A program made the translations under genes and the position numbers. A model generated the notes under the pieces. That model was not told where the DNA came from and ran no database searches. It saw only the letters and a list, made by a program, of their open reading frames with translations. From NCBI GenBank assembly GCA_963715495.1, contig OY970247.1:2132219-2196218 (forward strand): a stretch of 64,000 nt of DNA. The letters run 5' to 3'. Origin of the DNA: an uncultured Solirubrobacterales bacterium (lineage in GTDB: Bacteria; Actinomycetota; Thermoleophilia; Solirubrobacterales; Solirubrobacteraceae). Below are positions 17,492 to 26,650 of the stretch, one piece after another; positions within the stretch are counted from its first letter, which is position 1, and each line of letters starts with the position of its first letter.

Positions 17492-19423
17492 GTGATCGAA
17501 AAATTGACCTCATCCTCCGCAAAGCTGGTGCTTTCCCGTCAGACTGCCCGCCCGTCGACGGGCCGGCACTCCACCGCTCTATCCACGGCTATATCACCAC
17601 AAGTGTCTCCGACCGGCAGCCGCCCAGACGACTCAGCCGAGGGTCATGATCGCCTGAGAGGGCTGCGAGTCGACGCGCTCGCGGCGACGGCCGCCGTGCT
17701 CGTGGTGGTGGCGCCGCTGCTGTTCACCGACTCGGGCTTTGCCGGCGACTTCACCAACCACCTGTGGCTCGTCTGGGTCGAGGGCAAGGCCCTCGCGCAG
17801 GCGGGGCACCCCAGCTACTTCATCAACGCGAGAGGCGTGGGCATGTTCTACCCCTTCTTCGCTTTCTACGGAGGAACGCTTTACGTGATCACCGGCGCGA
17901 TAGCCGATCTGACCGGCGATCCCGTGAGCGCCTTCGTCGGCGTCACGGTACTGGCCGTCGCGGGCTCCTACGCGGGGGTGCTGTGGCTCGGACGAGAGTT
18001 GGGCCTGAGGGGCTGGACCGCGCACGCGCCGGCCCTCGTCGTCGTCACCAGCGCTTACTACATCACGAACCTGTACGGGCGCGCCGCGTGGCCGGAGTTC
18101 ATGGCCACCGCGGTGCTCTCACCGCTCATCGCCAGTGGGGTGCACTTGGCGCGCGCGAAGACATGGCGAGCGTGGCCCGTGCTGGTGTTCGTGGTGTCCG
18201 CGGTGATCTTCACCGGGAGCCACAACATCACCTTGATATGGGGCTCGACGATGGTCGCGCTGGCGCTGCTCATCGCATGGCTCGTGTTTGGCGCCCCACG
18301 GCGCCTGCCCTACCGCCGCCTCGCCCAGGTCGGAGGGCTCGGGGTGGTGGCCGTGCTCGTCAACGCCTGGTTTCTGCTCCCCGACCTCGCCTACGCGAGG
18401 AACGTCGTGATCGGCAGCAGGCCTTCGAGCAGCACGGCGACGTTTTTCAACACGCCCGGCGTGCTGCTCGATCCCCTGCGTCTCGTGCCCAGCCTGTCGA
18501 CCACCCCGGCGCTCTACGTCCAAGCGCCCGACTGGTTCCTGGCATGGGGGCTCGTGGCCGGGGCGCTGCTGCTGTGGCGCCGGTCGGCGAGCCGGCGCCT
18601 GCGTCGTGCCTGGATCGGCGTGGCGGTCCTGGTCGCGCTGGTGCTGGGCATGATCATGGTGAAACCGTTTTTGAATGCCGTGCCGTTCCCTTACGACGAG
18701 ATCCAGTTCGGCTACCGACTCGGCAGCTACCTCTTCTATGCCGTCGCCGTACTTGTGCTCGTCGGCGCGCTGGCGCTTGCGCGGGCGACCCCCACAGGCT
18801 CGCAGCTCACCGTCAAAGGGTTGCGCCTTGCGCTGATCGGCGTCTGCGTCATCAGCCTTGGGCTGTGCGTGTGGCAGCTGTGGGTTCCCAACCCGCTGAT
18901 GGCGGGCTCATACAAGCATCGCCGGGAAGCCCTGGTGAGTGTGAACACCCTGCCTCAAAGCTGGTATGACCCCGAATCCTATCGCGATTTGAAGGCCCCA
19001 CAGGTGGCGGCGTCGCTGAAACGCCTCCTGATCATCCAACCGAGCTGGGTGCGGGGAGATCGTGTCGACGCCTGGCTGGAAGTCCCGCCCGGGTCGGCGC
19101 CGATCCAGACCAACATCAGCGCGGGAGGGTATTTCGTGCACATCTCCGGTCTGGAACGAGTGGGCCGAGGCTACTCTGACGACGTCGTGGTACGCCGGAT
19201 CCACGGCGGCAGCGGTCCCGTGCACGTCGTGGTGGAAACGACGCACAGCCTCACCATCGGCGTGGCCCGGGCATTGAGCATCCTGGCGATCCTCGTCCTC
19301 CTCGTCATCCTCGCCGTGCTCCTCATCCGCGACGTGCGTGCGCGAGCGCGCAAGCGATCACGACCCCGATCCGGCTCGACCTCGGCGGCGCAACAGCTGA
19401 GCGACTCCGTGGGCAAGATCTGA
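17492..19423 (+). CDS. Polytopic membrane protein, putative GT-C glycosyltransferase; start uncertain (possibly GTG 17603)
   Basis: About 12 TM helices, D-x-x-N-H loop after TM1 (GDFTNHLW), YPFFAFYGG, YYITNLYGRAAWPEF, soluble C-terminal domain; paralogous to 24047-25822. Confidence 0.7.
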   Translation: MIEKLTSSSAKLVLSRQTARPSTGRHSTALSTAISPQVSPTGSRPDDSAEGHDRLRGLRVDALAATAAVLVVVAPLLFTDSGFAGDFTNHLWLVWVEGKALAQAGHPSYFINARGVGMFYPFFAFYGGTLYVITGAIADLTGDPVSAFVGVTVLAVAGSYAGVLWLGRELGLRGWTAHAPALVVVTSAYYITNLYGRAAWPEFMATAVLSPLIASGVHLARAKTWRAWPVLVFVVSAVIFTGSHNITLIWGSTMVALALLIAWLVFGAPRRLPYRRLAQVGGLGVVAVLVNAWFLLPDLAYARNVVIGSRPSSSTATFFNTPGVLLDPLRLVPSLSTTPALYVQAPDWFLAWGLVAGALLLWRRSASRRLRRAWIGVAVLVALVLGMIMVKPFLNAVPFPYDEIQFGYRLGSYLFYAVAVLVLVGALALARATPTGSQLTVKGLRLALIGVCVISLGLCVWQLWVPNPLMAGSYKHRREALVSVNTLPQSWYDPESYRDLKAPQVAASLKRLLIIQPSWVRGDRVDAWLEVPPGSAPIQTNISAGGYFVHISGLERVGRGYSDDVVVRRIHGGSGPVHVVVETTHSLTIGVARALSILAILVLLVILAVLLIRDVRARARKRSRPRSGSTSAAQQLSDSVGKI

Positions 19424-19963
19424 GGCTGCCAGATCGGGGTTTGCTTGACCCGAGCGCTTCCGAATGCTGTTGGGATGCTCGAGCAGCACCGTCCGGCACC
19501 CGGCGGCTTGACCGGCGGCGACATCGGCATCGGTGTCTCCGACCATCCAGCAAACGCCCAGATCGAGCTCCAGCGCACGGGCCGCGTCAAGCAGCATCCC
19601 GGGGGCCGGCTTACGACAAGCACACGGCCCGGAGAGCTCGGGCACGATCCCATCCGGGTGGTGCAGGCACAGGCGCGAGGTCTCCAGACGCACGCCCGCC
19701 TGCGCCAGCAGCTCGATCACCTGCGCGTGCACGGCTCCAAGACGCTCGACGGTGACCTTGCCCTTCGCGGCCGCCGGCTGATTGGAGACGCACACCAGCG
19801 CGAAGCCGGCCCCCATGAGCCCGCGCGCAGCCTCAGCCGCCCCCGCCACCAAGCGCACGTCCTCGACCTTCAGCGGCGACTCCCATGCGCCGGAGGATGG
19901 ATCGGGAACGAGCTCGTTGAGAACGCCGTCTCGATCCAGGAACACCGCCGCAGTGCCGCTCAC
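19358..19963 (-). CDS. gmhB: HAD-IIIA heptose 1,7-bisphosphate phosphatase
   Basis: FLDRDGVLN, VSNQP, CLHHP..CACRKPAPGM, WMVGD...D. Confidence 0.9.
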   Translation of the reverse strand: MSGTAAVFLDRDGVLNELVPDPSSGAWESPLKVEDVRLVAGAAEAARGLMGAGFALVCVSNQPAAAKGKVTVERLGAVHAQVIELLAQAGVRLETSRLCLHHPDGIVPELSGPCACRKPAPGMLLDAARALELDLGVCWMVGDTDADVAAGQAAGCRTVLLEHPNSIRKRSGQANPDLAASDLAHGVAQLLRRRGRAGSGS

Positions 19964-19982
19964 CACGCCGCACCAGACGCGC

Positions 19983-20627
19983 TCACCGCTCGCCGACGCC
20001 GGAGAGATCGGCGGCATCGGCATCGGCGGTGAGCGACTCCCAGTGGCCCCGCTTGACGGCCAGGCCCGGGTGGGAGACCAGGGCGTGCCATACGACCGCC
20101 TGGAAGGACTCGACCAGCGGCGTGCGCAGCTCGGGCGGGGGCCCGATCAGAATCGCGACGTTCGCGAGCCGGGCGAGCGTTCCGCCGGGAGCGCCGACCA
20201 CGCCGTAGATCGACGCGCCGGCCTCGCGCGCGGCCTCCATCGCGGCCACCAGGTTCGTCGAGACGTTGCGCTCACGCGAGCCGCCTCCAACCGAGAAGAC
20301 GAGCAGCGCGTCGCGCTCGGACAGGCGGGAGACCGCGAGCCACGCGCTGAACGATGTCTCCCAACCATCGTCGTTGGTGCGCGCCGTGAGCTCTGAGACG
20401 TTGTCGGTGGGCGTGTAGCTCTCCAGCAAGCAGAGCTTGCGGAAGTCGTTGACCGCATGCGAGGCGTGGCCGGCGCCACCCCCGACGCCGAGGATGAACA
20501 GCCGCCCGCCGCGGTCGCGCACCTCGGCCAGACCACTGGTCATGGCGTCAAGCTGCACCGGGTCGATTGCACGCGCCAGGTCCGCGGCGGCGGCGAGATA
20601 CGTGGAGCTGTGATCGGTTGCGCTCAT
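19983..20627 (-). CDS. gmhA: SIS-domain phosphoheptose isomerase (GmhA-like)
   Basis: LGVGGGAGHASHAVNDFRK, LTARTNDDG, FSVGGG, TPLVESFQ. Confidence 0.85.
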   Translation of the reverse strand: MSATDHSSTYLAAAADLARAIDPVQLDAMTSGLAEVRDRGGRLFILGVGGGAGHASHAVNDFRKLCLLESYTPTDNVSELTARTNDDGWETSFSAWLAVSRLSERDALLVFSVGGGSRERNVSTNLVAAMEAAREAGASIYGVVGAPGGTLARLANVAILIGPPPELRTPLVESFQAVVWHALVSHPGLAVKRGHWESLTADADAADLSGVGER

Positions 20628-20674
20628 CGCTGGTCTGGCCGATCGTAAATCGATCTCGTCGTTGATTCCACTTA

Positions 20675-20693
20675 TTGAAGACATTGTTTTCAA
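20675..20693. promoter_or_regulatory. AT-rich 9-1-9 imperfect palindrome between divergent gmhA and ileS
   Basis: TTGAAGACA-T-TGTTTTCAA. Confidence 0.4.
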
Positions 20694-20763
20694 CTGGATT
20701 TCGACTTAAATCTCATGAGCGTGTCGATCGGGCCCATCGTCACAGGCGGGTCGCGCACCTACA

Positions 20764-23700
20764 ATGAGCCGCCCCGTGACGGCCCCATCACGAAACCCGC
20801 TGATACCCCCGCGCAAGATCGATCCCAAGCAGGATCTGCCCGCGCTGGAGCGTGAAGTGCTGGAGCGCTGGCGCGAGCGCGACGTGTTCGCCGAGTCGCT
20901 GCGGATGCGCGAGGGTGCGCCGCGGTGGGTGTTCTACGAGGGTCCCCCCACCGCCAATGGTCCTCCGGGCTCCCATCACGTGCTGTCGCGCGTGTTCAAG
21001 GACATCTATCCGCGCTACCAGACGATGCGCGGGCGGCTGGTGCAGCGCAAGGGCGGCTGGGACTGTCACGGGCTGCCGGTGGAGATCGCGGTTGAACGGC
21101 AGCTGGGAATCACGACCAAGGCCGAAATCGAGGACGAGCGCATCATCGGGATCGAGCGGTTCAACGCCGAGTGCCGCGAGTCCGTGTTCGCCTACCTGCA
21201 GGAGTGGAATCGTCTGACCGAGCGGATCGGCTTCTGGATCGACCTCGACGACGCCTACCGGACGCTGGACGAGTCCTACATCGAGTCGGTGTGGTGGGCG
21301 CTCTCGGAGATCGACCGGCGGGGGCTGCTGTACGAGGGACACAAGGTCGTGCCGTACTGCTACCGATGCGGGACGGCGCTGTCCTCGCACGAGGTCGCGC
21401 TCGGGTATCAGGACGTGGTCGACCGGACCGTGTATGTGCGGTTGCCGGTGCACTCCCCCGCTGCGCCGCTGCAAGCTGCAGACAAGCTGCTGATCTGGAC
21501 TACGACCCCGTGGACGTTGCCGGGCAACGTCGCGGTCGCGGTCGGGCCTGAGGTCGAGTACGTGCGGGCCAGACATGGCGACGAAACGCTCGTGCTCGCC
21601 GCGGCGCTGATCGAGAAGGTGCTCGGCGACGGGGCCAAGGTGCTCGATCGCTTTCCGGGCAGCAAGCTGGTCGGACAGCGGTACGAGGGCCCGATCTTTC
21701 TCGAAGGACCGCATGGCGCCGCCAGTCTGGACGACAGCTTTCCAATCGTCGCCGGAGACTTCGTCACGACCGATGACGGCACGGGAATCGTCCACCTGGC
21801 GCCGGCGTTCGGCGAGGACGACTTCAGAGTCGCCGCGGCGGTCCCCGAGGTGCACTTCGACCCAACCGACCCGCATACGCTCTTTAACCCGGTGCGGCCC
21901 GACGGCACGTTCGACCAGCGCGTGCGCGGATACGAGGGTCGCGAGTACGACGGGCGGGTTGTCAAGGACCCGGATGTCACAGACGATCTGATCGACGACC
22001 TGGACAAACGCGGGCTGTTGCTGAGAGAGGAGCGCTACGAGCACTCCTACCCGCACTGCTGGCGGTGCGAGACACCACTGATCTACTACGCAAAGAAGTC
22101 CTGGTACATCCGCACGACGGCGGTGCGCGAGCAGATGCTTCAGGCGAACGAGACGGTGGACTGGCACCCGCCGGGCGTCAAGCACGGGCGGTTCGGGGAC
22201 TGGCTGTCCAACAATGTGGACTGGGCGCTGTCGCGCGAGCGCTACTGGGGCACTCCCCTGCCGGTGTGGCGGTGCGGGCGGGGGCACACGCACACGATCG
22301 GCTCGTTCGCGGAACTGGCCGAGCTTTCGGGGGTCGCGTCGACGCTCGCCGACCATCACCGCCCGTATGTCGACGACGTGGAGTTCCCGTGCCCCCACCT
22401 CCAGGACGGCGCACCCGCGGCGTGCGGAGAGCCGATGAGGCGCGTGCCGGAGGTGATCGACGTGTGGTTTGACTCGGGCGCGATGCCGTTCGCCCAGCAC
22501 CACAGTCCGTTCGAGCACGAGCAGGAGTTCACGCAAAACTATCCGGCGGACTTCATCTGCGAGGCGCAGGACCAGACGCGGGGCTGGTTCTACTCGCTGC
22601 TGGCGATCGCGACGCTGCTGGAGCGAGAGGCGCCGTACCGCAACGTGGTGTGCCTCGGACTGATTCTCGACTCCGACGGCCAGAAGATGTCCAAGTCCAA
22701 GGGCAACACGGTCGAGCCGTGGCAGGTGCTCGACACATACGGCGCGGACGCGTTCAGGTGGTACTTCTTCACCTCCAAGCAGCCGTGGGACGGCTACCGC
22801 TTCTCCGCGGAGACGATCGGCGAGGGCGTGCGCCTGTTCCTCAAGCAGCTGTGGTCGACCTACTACTTCTACGTGCTCTACGCGCACGCCTCAACGCAGG
22901 AGCTGACGGACCCGGCGCGGGCACAGAGCGACGGATCGCAGGCCGGCGGAGCCTCGACCGCGGGCGCCGACGACGCGCTGGACCGCTGGGCGCTGTCGCG
23001 CACGGCGGGCACGGCGGAGCTGGTGGCGAAGCGCCTCGACGCCTATGACACGACGTCGGCGGGCAGGGCGATCGCGGGTCTCGTAGACGAGCTGTCGAAC
23101 TGGTACGTGCGTCGCTCGCGCAGGCGCTTCTGGGACGGCGATCCGGCGGCGTTTCAGACGCTGCGCACATGCCTTCTGACGGTGGCGAAGCTGCTGGCGC
23201 CGTTCTGCCCGTTCGTCGCGGATGAGATCTACGACAACCTCGACGGAGCGCTTGCGAGCGTGCACCTGTGCGACTTCCCAAGCGCCGAGGACGTCGGCGC
23301 GCGCGATGAGCAGCTCGAGCGGTCGATGGCGCTGGCGCGGGAGACCGTGCGGCTGGGGCTGGGCGCGCGCGGCAAGGCGAAGATCAAGGTGCGCCAGCCG
23401 CTCGGCGAGGCGGTCGTGGTCGCGGACGGGCGCGAGCGCGAGGCGATCGAACGGCTGGCGGATGTGGTGCGCGAGGAGCTGAACGTCAGGCGCATGCGGT
23501 TCGTGGCGGCCGCGGATGAGCTGGGCAGCTATGAGGTGAAGGCCAACTACAGGACGCTCGGCCCGTTGTTCGGCAAGGACATGCCGCTGGCGGCCGAGGC
23601 GATCGCGTCACTCGACCCCGCGCGGGTGGCGCATGCGCTGCGCGACGGCGGCGAGATCGGCATCTCGGTGGGCGCGCGCGAGCACACGCTGACGGCGGAA

Positions 23701-24093
23701 AACCTGATCCTCACGATGCGAGCGCCCGACGGCTACAGCGTGGAGCGCGAGGGCGCGCATGCGGTTGCGCTGGACTTGGCGATCGACGACGACCTGCGCC
23801 GCGAGGGCCACGCACGCGAGATCGTGCACGCGGTCCAGAACGCGCGCAAGACGGCCGGGCTGCAGGTGGAGGACCGGATCGAGCTGGCCCTGTACGGCGC
23901 CCCGGAGATCAGCGACGCGGCGGCCGCCCACCGCGACTACATCGTGGGCGAGACGCTCGCGGCGGCACTGGACCTCGGCGACCGCGCCGCGCTGCAGAGC
24001 GCGGCGATGGACTACTCAGAGCAGGCCGAGATCGACGGCCTCGATCTCACGATCGCCCTGTCGCGCCGGCTCGGCTCTGACGCGCACGACTGA
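20764..24093 (+). CDS. ileS: Isoleucine--tRNA ligase (long type-2-like form)
   Basis: EGPPTANGPPGSHH (HIGH variant), GWDCHGLP, WTTTPWTLP, GTGIVH.APAFG, DWALSRERYWG, DQTRGWFY, KMSKSKGN. Confidence 0.95.
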   Translation: MSRPVTAPSRNPLIPPRKIDPKQDLPALEREVLERWRERDVFAESLRMREGAPRWVFYEGPPTANGPPGSHHVLSRVFKDIYPRYQTMRGRLVQRKGGWDCHGLPVEIAVERQLGITTKAEIEDERIIGIERFNAECRESVFAYLQEWNRLTERIGFWIDLDDAYRTLDESYIESVWWALSEIDRRGLLYEGHKVVPYCYRCGTALSSHEVALGYQDVVDRTVYVRLPVHSPAAPLQAADKLLIWTTTPWTLPGNVAVAVGPEVEYVRARHGDETLVLAAALIEKVLGDGAKVLDRFPGSKLVGQRYEGPIFLEGPHGAASLDDSFPIVAGDFVTTDDGTGIVHLAPAFGEDDFRVAAAVPEVHFDPTDPHTLFNPVRPDGTFDQRVRGYEGREYDGRVVKDPDVTDDLIDDLDKRGLLLREERYEHSYPHCWRCETPLIYYAKKSWYIRTTAVREQMLQANETVDWHPPGVKHGRFGDWLSNNVDWALSRERYWGTPLPVWRCGRGHTHTIGSFAELAELSGVASTLADHHRPYVDDVEFPCPHLQDGAPAACGEPMRRVPEVIDVWFDSGAMPFAQHHSPFEHEQEFTQNYPADFICEAQDQTRGWFYSLLAIATLLEREAPYRNVVCLGLILDSDGQKMSKSKGNTVEPWQVLDTYGADAFRWYFFTSKQPWDGYRFSAETIGEGVRLFLKQLWSTYYFYVLYAHASTQELTDPARAQSDGSQAGGASTAGADDALDRWALSRTAGTAELVAKRLDAYDTTSAGRAIAGLVDELSNWYVRRSRRRFWDGDPAAFQTLRTCLLTVAKLLAPFCPFVADEIYDNLDGALASVHLCDFPSAEDVGARDEQLERSMALARETVRLGLGARGKAKIKVRQPLGEAVVVADGREREAIERLADVVREELNVRRMRFVAAADELGSYEVKANYRTLGPLFGKDMPLAAEAIASLDPARVAHALRDGGEIGISVGAREHTLTAENLILTMRAPDGYSVEREGAHAVALDLAIDDDLRREGHAREIVHAVQNARKTAGLQVEDRIELALYGAPEISDAAAAHRDYIVGETLAAALDLGDRAALQSAAMDYSEQAEIDGLDLTIALSRRLGSDAHD

Positions 24094-25822
24094 GACGAAT
24101 CCCGCGCGCGGCGATCAACGCCAGCCCGACGACCAAGACGACGAGTGCGATCAGGCTGACCAGCTGCCCGGCGACGACGGGGAGGTGATTGGCCGGCGCG
24201 ACCGAGATGGTGGCGGTCGACGCGGATGCACTTGTGCCGCCGGCCGATCCGCCGGCGTCAGGCGTCACTTCAAGCACATCGTCGGCCCGGAGATCCGTGC
24301 CCACGATCTTGGCGCCCTTGACATCCACCAGGTCCGATCCGGCTCGGATGTTCGTCGCCACCAGTCCTTCGGGCGGCACCCGCACGACCTCTGACAGGCG
24401 GCCATCACTTGCGACGCTCGCGATCGGGAAGTCGACCCTTGGTAGCGGTTGACTGTTGATCGGTAGCCGTCCGTCGACGTAGTCGAGCTGCCCTTCCCGT
24501 TGATGTACGGGCGTGTAGTAGGAGGCCAGCGCCGAGCTGCGACTCCTGCCGTCGGGGTGGACGCCCGTCTGTTCGATGGCTCCTATCACCGACACGACGG
24601 CTATCGGCGCGAGCAGCCACGTCCAATACCGTAGGCGGCGGCCTCCGCCGCCCGCCATGACGAGGACGGCCAGCATCGCGCCGCTGATGCCCAGCAGCAC
24701 GAAGCTCTCGAGTCGAAAGCCGAACTGCAGCGTCGCGTAGACGCGTGGAAGAGCGAGGATCAACCCGGCGTGTGTCATGGTCACCAGCAGCAGAACCGTC
24801 GTTCCGGCAATTACCAGGAGAGCCCGCATCCAGGCTCCCGTTCTCCGATTAAAAGCCAGCATGGCGATGCTCGCGAGGACCCACCCAACCGCGAGAATCG
24901 GCAGCGAGAGGGTCACGATGCTGCCGGACGCCCTCGCGCGCGAGAGGGTGAACAGGTGTCGAGCGGCGACCGTGAACATGGTCTTCTGCAGCAGCGCTCT
25001 GAAGGTGGGGTAGGACCTTGCGATGACCGTGTGTGACTCGTAGGCGGCGGCCGGCAGTAGAAACCAGGCGCTGACGAGCAGCGCGGGAATTATCAGCGCA
25101 GCCACGCGGAGCACTCCGGCCCGCGTTACGTTCCGACGAGCCTCGGGCACGCATAGGAGGATCGCAACAGCCACGATGATCAAGATCGTGGAGCCCCAGA
25201 TCATCGTCAGCAGGTGGCTCCCGAAGAAGACGACGCTGCCGGCGATTAGTGCCAGCGCGGGTCCAAAGCGCAGCTGAGGCCCGCGCAACACGCTGAGTCC
25301 CGCGGCGATCATCAGCGGCATCATCGAGACCGCGAGGAACTCCGGCCAGTCGCCGAGCGCGTAGATCGTCGTGAGGTAGGAGGCAGACGTGACGAACACG
25401 AGACCCGGGACGTGCGCCGGCCAGCCCCGCACGCCGAAACCGCGCGCGAGCCAGTACCAGCCGCCGTAGGCGGCGGTGAAGCCCAGCAGATAGGTCAGGA
25501 TGTACGTCGCCAGTGGGGAGTTGCCCAATACGAGCGACAGCGTCCCGGCGAGGGCGTAGATGGTTCCGCCGTAGAACGCGTACACCGGGTAGAAGATGCC
25601 GTTGGAGTAGTTGAGAAAGAGGCTGGGCAGGTGGTGGGCGCGGATCGCGAGACTCTGGTGCCACAGATACCAGAGGTGGTTCAGCCAGTCGTTGTTGAAT
25701 GTGGCATTGGTGAACAGCAGGGGCCACGCGACCGCGGCGAGCACGACCAGCGCGCCCCCGGCTTCGATGGCCGATCGCGCCGACGGCGGCCCCGGCCGGC
25801 TCACCAGGTTCTCGAGCGGCAT
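24047..25822 (-). CDS. Polytopic membrane protein, putative GT-C glycosyltransferase, paralogue of 17492-19423
   Basis: NNDWLNHLW, YPVYAFYGG, YLTTIYALGDWPEF, FFGSHLLT, LQFGFRL align with the paralogue. Confidence 0.7.
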   Translation of the reverse strand: MPLENLVSRPGPPSARSAIEAGGALVVLAAVAWPLLFTNATFNNDWLNHLWYLWHQSLAIRAHHLPSLFLNYSNGIFYPVYAFYGGTIYALAGTLSLVLGNSPLATYILTYLLGFTAAYGGWYWLARGFGVRGWPAHVPGLVFVTSASYLTTIYALGDWPEFLAVSMMPLMIAAGLSVLRGPQLRFGPALALIAGSVVFFGSHLLTMIWGSTILIIVAVAILLCVPEARRNVTRAGVLRVAALIIPALLVSAWFLLPAAAYESHTVIARSYPTFRALLQKTMFTVAARHLFTLSRARASGSIVTLSLPILAVGWVLASIAMLAFNRRTGAWMRALLVIAGTTVLLLVTMTHAGLILALPRVYATLQFGFRLESFVLLGISGAMLAVLVMAGGGGRRLRYWTWLLAPIAVVSVIGAIEQTGVHPDGRSRSSALASYYTPVHQREGQLDYVDGRLPINSQPLPRVDFPIASVASDGRLSEVVRVPPEGLVATNIRAGSDLVDVKGAKIVGTDLRADDVLEVTPDAGGSAGGTSASASTATISVAPANHLPVVAGQLVSLIALVVLVVGLALIAARGIRLSRARQSRAGATGRS

Positions 25823-25900
25823 GCCGGCGGCGTCTCAGCCACCCCAGTCGGCGCACGCTACGGCGCCGCCGGTAGCGATCGAGCTCGGCAGGGTTGATGG

Positions 25901-26000
25901 TTTATCTCGAATAGATAAAACATATCTACACTGCAGCGCGTGTTGTCGCTGTATATGTAAGCAACCGCCGCAGCGTGAATTAACGCAGTTACAGCGACAA
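25901..26000. promoter_or_regulatory. AT-rich intergenic element with two inverted repeats upstream of the GT-C paralogue
   Basis: TTTATCT-N5-AGATAAA (25901-25919); TTGTCGCTGTA (25943-25953) with TACAGCGACAA (25990-26000). Confidence 0.45.
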
Positions 26001-26065
26001 TTCAACGGATATGCTCGGAGCTTGAATGTCTCCGACTTGAGGGCGCGGCATAGCCGCCGGCACGG

Positions 26066-26392
26066 CTATGCCAGCGCCGGCTCCAGCTCCTGCTCCAGCT
26101 TCCTCTTGGGGTAAGCCCCGACGACGGTCTTGACCGGGGAGCCGCCCTTGAAGAGAATCAGCGTCGGGATCGAGAGGACCTGAAAGCGAGCGGCGGTCTG
26201 CTGGTTCTCGTCGATGTTGAGCTTGACGATGCGTAGGTCGGGGCGCTCACCGGCGATCTCCTCGAGCACGGGGGCCACGACGCGGCAGGGACCGCACCAG
26301 GGCGCCCAGAAGTCGACGAGCACGGGGGTCTCGGACTCGACGACCTCGGCGTCGAAGTTGGTGTCGGTGACTTCGCTGAGGGTGCCTGCCAT
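26066..26392 (-). CDS. trxA: Thioredoxin
   Basis: [16 protein letters not shown]; 108 aa from ATG 26392. Confidence 0.95.
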   Translation of the reverse strand: MAGTLSEVTDTNFDAEVVESETPVLVDFWAPWCGPCRVVAPVLEEIAGERPDLRIVKLNIDENQQTAARFQVLSIPTLILFKGGSPVKTVVGAYPKRKLEQELEPALA

Positions 26393-26411
26393 GGTGGTCT
26401 CCTTGGGTATC

Positions 26412-26441
26412 GCGTTCTGAAGCGTTCTGAAGCGTTCTGAA
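26412..26441. repeat. 10-bp perfect direct repeat x3 (GCGTTCTGAA) upstream of trxA
   Basis: Seen directly in the sequence. Confidence 0.9.
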
Positions 26442-26516
26442 GGGCTACCCATCACTATACAAAATGAAGGAAGGGGCGCCGGGGTCGGCCACGGCAGCGC
26501 CGATGATCACCGCACC

Positions 26517-26650
26517 GTGACGGTCCAGCCTTCGGACCGATCGGAGATCGTCGCGATCTCCGATCGGCCGGCACACGATCGGCGAGCGCTTGTCTTGGGT
26601 CAGCGAACGGTGACGACCCAGCCTTCGGACCGATCGAAGATCGGCCAGCG
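26517..26650. repeat. Palindromic/direct repeat element with CCGATC-GGA-GATCGG core and a long hairpin
   Basis: About 34-nt direct repeat at ~26517 and ~26609; GATCGGAGATCG-tcg-CGATCTCCGATC stem; related copy at 37047-37069. Confidence 0.7.

Noticed and set aside
9068-20627. Lincosamide, septacidin or hygromycin-type antibiotic cluster
   Set aside because: No aminotransferase, NRPS/amide ligase or resistance gene; GtrA/GtrB/GT-C-like genes point to envelope glycosylation.
20628-20763. T-box leader for ileS
   Set aside because: The spacer is only 136 nt, shared with a divergent gene, and has no recognisable T-box motif.
20788-22887. Long antisense ORFs (also 4109-5329, 44074-45840, 53678-54874, the upstream part of 27391-29310 and many others in the track)
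   Set aside because: They are shadows of well-supported genes on the opposite strand; long stop-free antisense frames are expected at this GC content, and no motifs were recognised.
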